Origin: Abditibacteriaceae bacterium | Lineage (GTDB): Bacteria; Armatimonadota; Abditibacteriia; Abditibacteriales; Abditibacteriaceae | DNA: 64,000 nucleotides | NCBI GenBank assembly: GCA_965277285.1 | Contig: OZ255721.1 | Span: 704,001-768,000, forward strand | Direction: 5' to 3' | Translations under genes and position numbers: made by a program | Shown here: in pieces, positions 60,403 through 64,000 of the stretch | Layout of the letters: the number at the start of each line of letters is the position of its first letter | How positions within the stretch are numbered: position 1 is the first letter of the stretch | Notes under the pieces: generated by a model | What the model was told of the DNA's origin: nothing | Database searches by the model: none | Seen by the model: the letters and a program-made list of their open reading frames with translations, nothing else

Positions 60403-60419
60403 GCTGCGCAAACTGAACT

Positions 60420-61091
60420 ATGCCTGGTGGAAAAACGCATTTGGCGATTGGTGTCGGGACGGCATTGGCGCTCTGTGCGGCGTTGCCGCTGGACAAGAGT
60501 TTTCCGACGTTGTGCGGCTTGTCGGTAGTAATTTGCAGCATTGGCGCGCTGGCGCCCGACCTGGACATCGACCAGAACGAATTGGAAGAAACCGGACGCG
60601 AAAGTGGCCGCGATCTTTCGCGCTTGATGCGTCGTTCGGCACGCGGCAGCAACGACGCGACGCGCATCGCGGCTGTCGGAATCGGAATAGTGTTTCTTGT
60701 CATTGGCGAATTTATTTCGCGCGTCGTCGAAGCGTTGGCGTGGTTGATTCAACGCGTGACGACGCATCGTGGCATGACACATTCGCTGCTGGCGTTGGCG
60801 TTTACAACCGCGTTGGCGATGGTTTTATCGCAGAAATTTGGCAGTCATAGCGTTTGGTGGGGGTTGTGCTGGGGCGCCGGTTACACGTCGCATTTGATTT
60901 CTGATTCGTGGACGTGGAGCGGCGTGCGTTTTTTGCAGCCGTTTTCGGAGCGTCATTTTTGGCTGGCACCACGCTTTTTGCGCTTTCGTGTCGGAACCTG
61001 GCGCGATACACTTTTGCGCTGGATTGCACCGTTCGCGGGTTTGGCAGTTTTCATCTGGCAAAGTCGAGTACTCGATATCATAAGAAAATGA
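60420..61091 (+). CDS. Membrane-bound metal-dependent hydrolase (YdjM-like)
   Basis: TH, GALAPDLD, HRGMTHSL, GY.SHL.SD..T..GV. Confidence 0.88.
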   Translation: MPGGKTHLAIGVGTALALCAALPLDKSFPTLCGLSVVICSIGALAPDLDIDQNELEETGRESGRDLSRLMRRSARGSNDATRIAAVGIGIVFLVIGEFISRVVEALAWLIQRVTTHRGMTHSLLALAFTTALAMVLSQKFGSHSVWWGLCWGAGYTSHLISDSWTWSGVRFLQPFSERHFWLAPRFLRFRVGTWRDTLLRWIAPFAGLAVFIWQSRVLDIIRK

Positions 61092-61150
61092 ACCAGAGAC
61101 ACACCCGCCCAGAGAGCACCCAGCACAGCGTAAAAACAAGAAGTAAAGGC

Positions 61151-61384
61151 ATGATGCATCATTTTACGGCGGTCATTCACGAAGAAACTTTCTCCGATGG
61201 TTCGCCCGCATTCGTGGCGCATTGTCCTGAAACTGATGTAACAAGTCAGGGCGAAACCCGCGACGAAGCTATGGCAAACCTATGCGAAGCCGTTGAACTT
61301 TTGCTTGAAGATGTGAGCGCCGCCGAATTGGGGCGGATGTTGTCCACGCATACGACAGTGCGCCAATTTGAGGTCGCGGTCTGA
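61151..61384 (+). CDS. hicB: HicB-family antitoxin (short)
   Basis: FVAHCPE.DVTSQGETRDEAMANL.EAVEL. Confidence 0.85.
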   Translation: MMHHFTAVIHEETFSDGSPAFVAHCPETDVTSQGETRDEAMANLCEAVELLLEDVSAAELGRMLSTHTTVRQFEVAV

Positions 61385-61614
61385 TGTCAGGTCTCAAGGT
61401 GCGCGCCATTCTGGAAGCAAGCGGGTTTATGTTCGTCTCTCAAAAAGGTTCGCACATCAAAATGCGGCGGCAAATTGAGAGTGACGACGGCGAAACCGTC
61501 ACTTATATGACGATTATTCCCGATCACAAAAAGGCCGCTATCGGCACGATAGGCGACATTGTGAGGCGTTCAAATTTAGAGCATGTTATGCACTTTCACG
61601 GGTTTATTCTTTGA
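61384..61614 (+). CDS. hicA: HicA-family toxin
   Basis: LEASGF..VSQKGSH.KM, IPDH, GT...I. Confidence 0.82.
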   Translation: MSGLKVRAILEASGFMFVSQKGSHIKMRRQIESDDGETVTYMTIIPDHKKAAIGTIGDIVRRSNLEHVMHFHGFIL

Positions 61615-61659
61615 AGAATAGTGGCCTAAATCTGCAAAGGTATAATATGGGAAGAACCC

Positions 61660-62296
61660 TTATAAATACAAGGGTTCTTCAGACGGACAAGTTACAAAGT
61701 GCATAACGCGCTCTAGATCGTTCGCCCTTTGAAGCATGAGCAAGACGGCTTCGTCGCGTCGCGGATGAGTTGACCTGCGAGCGGCATGCATTAAGGAGGT
61801 TTGGTGCTCGTGCGTGAATAGCTGCACCTGCTCGGAACTTAGTTCCGGCGGCGCAACTTTATTCATCGGCAATTCTTCCAATCGCCCGTCTTTCACGACC
61901 AGTTAAAAAGGTGCGCAACTCGCGTTAATAACGATGTAGAGAAGCAGGACGCAGCGGCTTGGTCATGCGGGCATTGTCCCAATGTCTGCCCGCATTTGTA
62001 TGGCCCGCAATGGCGTAAGCCAAAAACTGCCGCAAGTCCGTTGTTTCACAGTGCGAACGATTTTGTTGCTGTAAAAACCAGAGCAGCTTGGAACCGGTGT
62101 GACGACGAAATTCCGTGGTGCGCGGCAAGTGAAGACTGTACTTGCCTTCGTAATACCAATCGTCCAATAATTGGCTTAGTTCTCGGCTGGAGAGACCAAT
62201 AGAAGGTGATGAAGAGGTGTTTGTGACGGAGGCGACACTGATGAAAGCAGACGCTGTTTTTCTCATTTTGTCCTCTGAAAATAATCTCAGGGACAA
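61660..62296 (-). pseudogene. Degraded tyrosine recombinase/integrase (N-terminal part)
   Basis: DLRQFLAY...LRPASLHRY*RELRT[fs]FNW[fs]VKDG...PMNKV..P...V..FT...AAR....RRDEAVLLML; catalytic region lost; abuts the tRNA-Ala 3' end. Confidence 0.7.
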
Positions 62297-62378
62297 CCGA
62301 AACGCTGAAGAAAAGCTCGAAAATTGTAACTTTTACGCACGAAACCCGCAAAATTTCGTGTTTTACAACTTCGAGAAG

Positions 62379-62451
62379 TGGAGCCAGAGGGATTCGAACC
62401 CCCGACATCCTGCTTGCAAAGCAGGCGCTCTACCAACTGAGCTATGACCCC
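62379..62451 (-). tRNA. tRNA-Ala(TGC)
   Basis: GGGGTCATAGCTCAGTTGGTAGAGCG-CCTGC-TTTGCAA-GCAGG...GGTTCGAATCC...TGGCTCCA. Confidence 0.96.
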
Positions 62452-62575
62452 AAATAAAAAGATGAATGATAAACAGGGACTGATGAACTAAGAAATAGCG
62501 AGATTCAAACGACGTTGCTTGAACTTCGAGTACTCGATATTCATTATTCTCTATTCATCATTCATCTTTTTGCGA

Positions 62576-62649
62576 TAGCGGGGGCGAGATTCGAACTCAC
62601 GACCTCCAGGTTATGAGCCTGGCGAGCTACCGGGCTGCTCCACCCCGCG
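62576..62649 (-). tRNA. Initiator tRNA-fMet(CAT)
   Basis: CGCGGGGTGGAGCAGCCCGGTAGCTCG-CCAGG-CTCATAA-CCTGG...CCCCGCTA; C1 mismatch typical of initiators. Confidence 0.93.
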
Positions 62650-62665
62650 GTTGATTCGGCTCTTT

Positions 62666-62694
62666 AATATACACAACCTCGACACCTGCGTCAA
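62666..62694 (-). promoter_or_regulatory. Sigma70 promoter of the tRNA pair
   Basis: TTGACG-17 bp-TATATT just upstream of tRNA-fMet. Confidence 0.75.
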
Positions 62695-62915
62695 GGTTTC
62701 CCGCGAAATTTATCACCTGAAGTTTGATACGTTGTGGCTCTAACTTGTGATCACAATGAAAATTAAGTTATTTTGCGTCCTGCCCTTTTGTTTTTCTCTT
62801 TCAACGTCGCAGGGCGACAGATACACTGCGAAGGCACATTAAATAAACCGTTTATCAAGCGGCAGGAAACCGCAATTTTTATGAACTTCACTTTTGCCTT
62901 CACGGAGGTGGCGCT

Positions 62916-64000
62916 GTGTTCTCACTCAGAAACCGCCGAACCTCCGAATTGGATGCTCTGAAAAATTCGGGCACTCCTCCAAACCTTTCTTCCACCAGCG
63001 GCACTGCAAACGGTGTCACAGAAAATGGCATTGCTGTCGATAATTTTTCCGCGACTGAAACGCAATCGAGTACTCGATTGAAGCGTTCAGGCGTTTTGCC
63101 ATCACGTTTGGGGCGTTTGCGCGAGCGATTCCCACGACGCTCAACGCTGATGCTGTATTTGTCGGTGATGGGGCCGGGCCTTATCGCGGCTTTGGCGGGC
63201 AACGATGCGGGTGGCATCGGCACTTACTCGTTCGCAGGTGCGCGCTACGGCTACCACTTGCTGTGGCTGCTGTTCATCATCACGTTCGTGCTCGCGCTGG
63301 TGCAGGAAATGGCGGCGCGCATGGGAGCCGTCACGCAAAAAGGCTTGGGCGAACTGATCCGCGAACATTACGGCGTCAGTTGGACGCTGTTTGCTCTCGG
63401 CGTCATGTTTATCGCTAATGTCGCCACTACGGTTTCCGAGTTCGCCGGCATTGCGGCAGCTGGTGAACTTTTCGGTTTGTCGAAGTATTTTACAGTGCCG
63501 TTTGCCGCTATTGTGATGTGGCTGATTGTGGCGCGCGGTCCCTTTCGATTGGTCGAGCGCATCTTTTTAGCGATTTGCCTGGTGCAGGCGACGTATTTCA
63601 TCGCAGCTTTTCGCGCGGTTCATCTGCATCCGCCGCTTGGTGGCTGGAACTTCATCCTGGCGCAGTTGGTGCGTCCTTCGTGGCAGCATGATACGGAATT
63701 CATTCTGCTTTGCATCGGCTTGATTGGAACGACGATCACGCCGTATATGCAGTTTTTCCTGCAAAGCACGATTGTCGATAAAGGCATTCACGTTGGCGAA
63801 TATCGCTACCAGAAAGCCGATGTTTATGCGGGCGTTCTGGTGACAAACATCGTCGCGTTTTTCATCATCGTTTGCACTGCCGCCACAATTTATGCCAGCG
63901 GCATCAAGGTCGATGCCGATACTTTCGACGCGAAGACTGCAGCGCTGGCACTTTCGCAACCTTTGGGAAACGTTGGTGTCTGGCTGTTCGCAGCAGGGCT
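62916..64000 (+). CDS. Nramp-family divalent metal transporter (runs off the window end)
   Basis: Manual translation: GPGLIAALAGNDAGGIGTYS.AGA.YG, QEMAARMG, IGTTITPYMQFF; GGAGGT RBS before GTG 62916. Confidence 0.88.
   Translation, partial: MFSLRNRRTSELDALKNSGTPPNLSSTSGTANGVTENGIAVDNFSATETQSSTRLKRSGVLPSRLGRLRERFPRRSTLMLYLSVMGPGLIAALAGNDAGGIGTYSFAGARYGYHLLWLLFIITFVLALVQEMAARMGAVTQKGLGELIREHYGVSWTLFALGVMFIANVATTVSEFAGIAAAGELFGLSKYFTVPFAAIVMWLIVARGPFRLVERIFLAICLVQATYFIAAFRAVHLHPPLGGWNFILAQLVRPSWQHDTEFILLCIGLIGTTITPYMQFFLQSTIVDKGIHVGEYRYQKADVYAGVLVTNIVAFFIIVCTAATIYASGIKVDADTFDAKTAALALSQPLGNVGVWLFAAG

Larger units (their letters stand above)
2415..63077. repeat. Dispersed highly iterated palindrome TCGAGTACTCGA (HIP-like)
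   Basis: Perfect copies start at 2415, 5379, 10057, 10669, 11649, 12003, 13009, 14032, 14902, 15548, 17143, 17286, 17968, 19798, 22177, 22817, 23421, 23628, 24790, 26185, 26662, 34500, 35069, 35684, 37508, 38818, 40397, 43585, 45118, 46116, 47560, 48463, 50117, 51697, 51893, 53842, 54759, 55829, 56322, 57374, 58515, 59549, 60240, 61064, 62526, 63066. 10-bp cores at 6959, 7406, 7832, 9149, 18887, 39794, 42065, 42896, 49392, 49407 (hand count). Confidence 0.97.

Noticed and set aside
62800..62905. Metal-sensing riboswitch upstream of the Nramp gene
   Set aside because: Only short possible stems (GAAGGCA/TGCCTTC); no recognisable yybP-ykoY or M-box consensus
2415..63077. Palindrome as a linker/adaptor artefact or CRISPR repeat
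   Set aside because: Copies sit in frame inside conserved motifs (Lon KDRVLEYLAV, UbiE RVLDLCCG), have natural mismatch variants, and are kb apart with no spacer periodicity or cas genes
2415..63077. Palindrome as parS, a LexA box or an ordinary transcription-factor site
   Set aside because: It does not match those consensus sequences, is far too frequent, and half the copies are in coding regions

Overview
Chromosomal window of a moderately GC-rich bacterium. The prepilin/DUF1559/H-X9-DG gene suggests Armatimonadota/Abditibacteriota, but this is inference only. Content is mostly housekeeping: sucAB-lpdA, menaquinone-type ubiE/ubiX/ubiA, MoxR/DUF58/VWA genes, glnD, tpx, rng, sdhCAB, proA, aroK, hsp20-lon and three tRNAs. 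The most striking signal is a highly iterated 12-bp palindrome, TCGAGTACTCGA. By hand I count about 46 perfect copies plus about 10 more with the CGAGTACTCG core, roughly one per 1.2 kb. They split about evenly between intergenic DNA and coding sequence, where they are read in all three frames (RVLD/E, SSTR, xEYS). This is a HIP1-like genome-wide motif that I do not recognise from the literature. Other highlights: (1) a DUF262 + HEPN(RxxxxH) candidate defence pair packaged like an integron gene cassette, with an attC-like site and no integrase nearby; (2) a stand-alone ORF resembling the C-terminal specificity part of type IIG restriction-modification enzymes, coupled to rng; (3) a Lon lacking its protease domain and ending inside a REP element; (4) a sulfotransferase-like gene inside the sdh operon; (5) several REP-like families; (6) a very AT-rich non-coding block; (7) a decayed integrase plus hicBA islet at tRNA-Ala.
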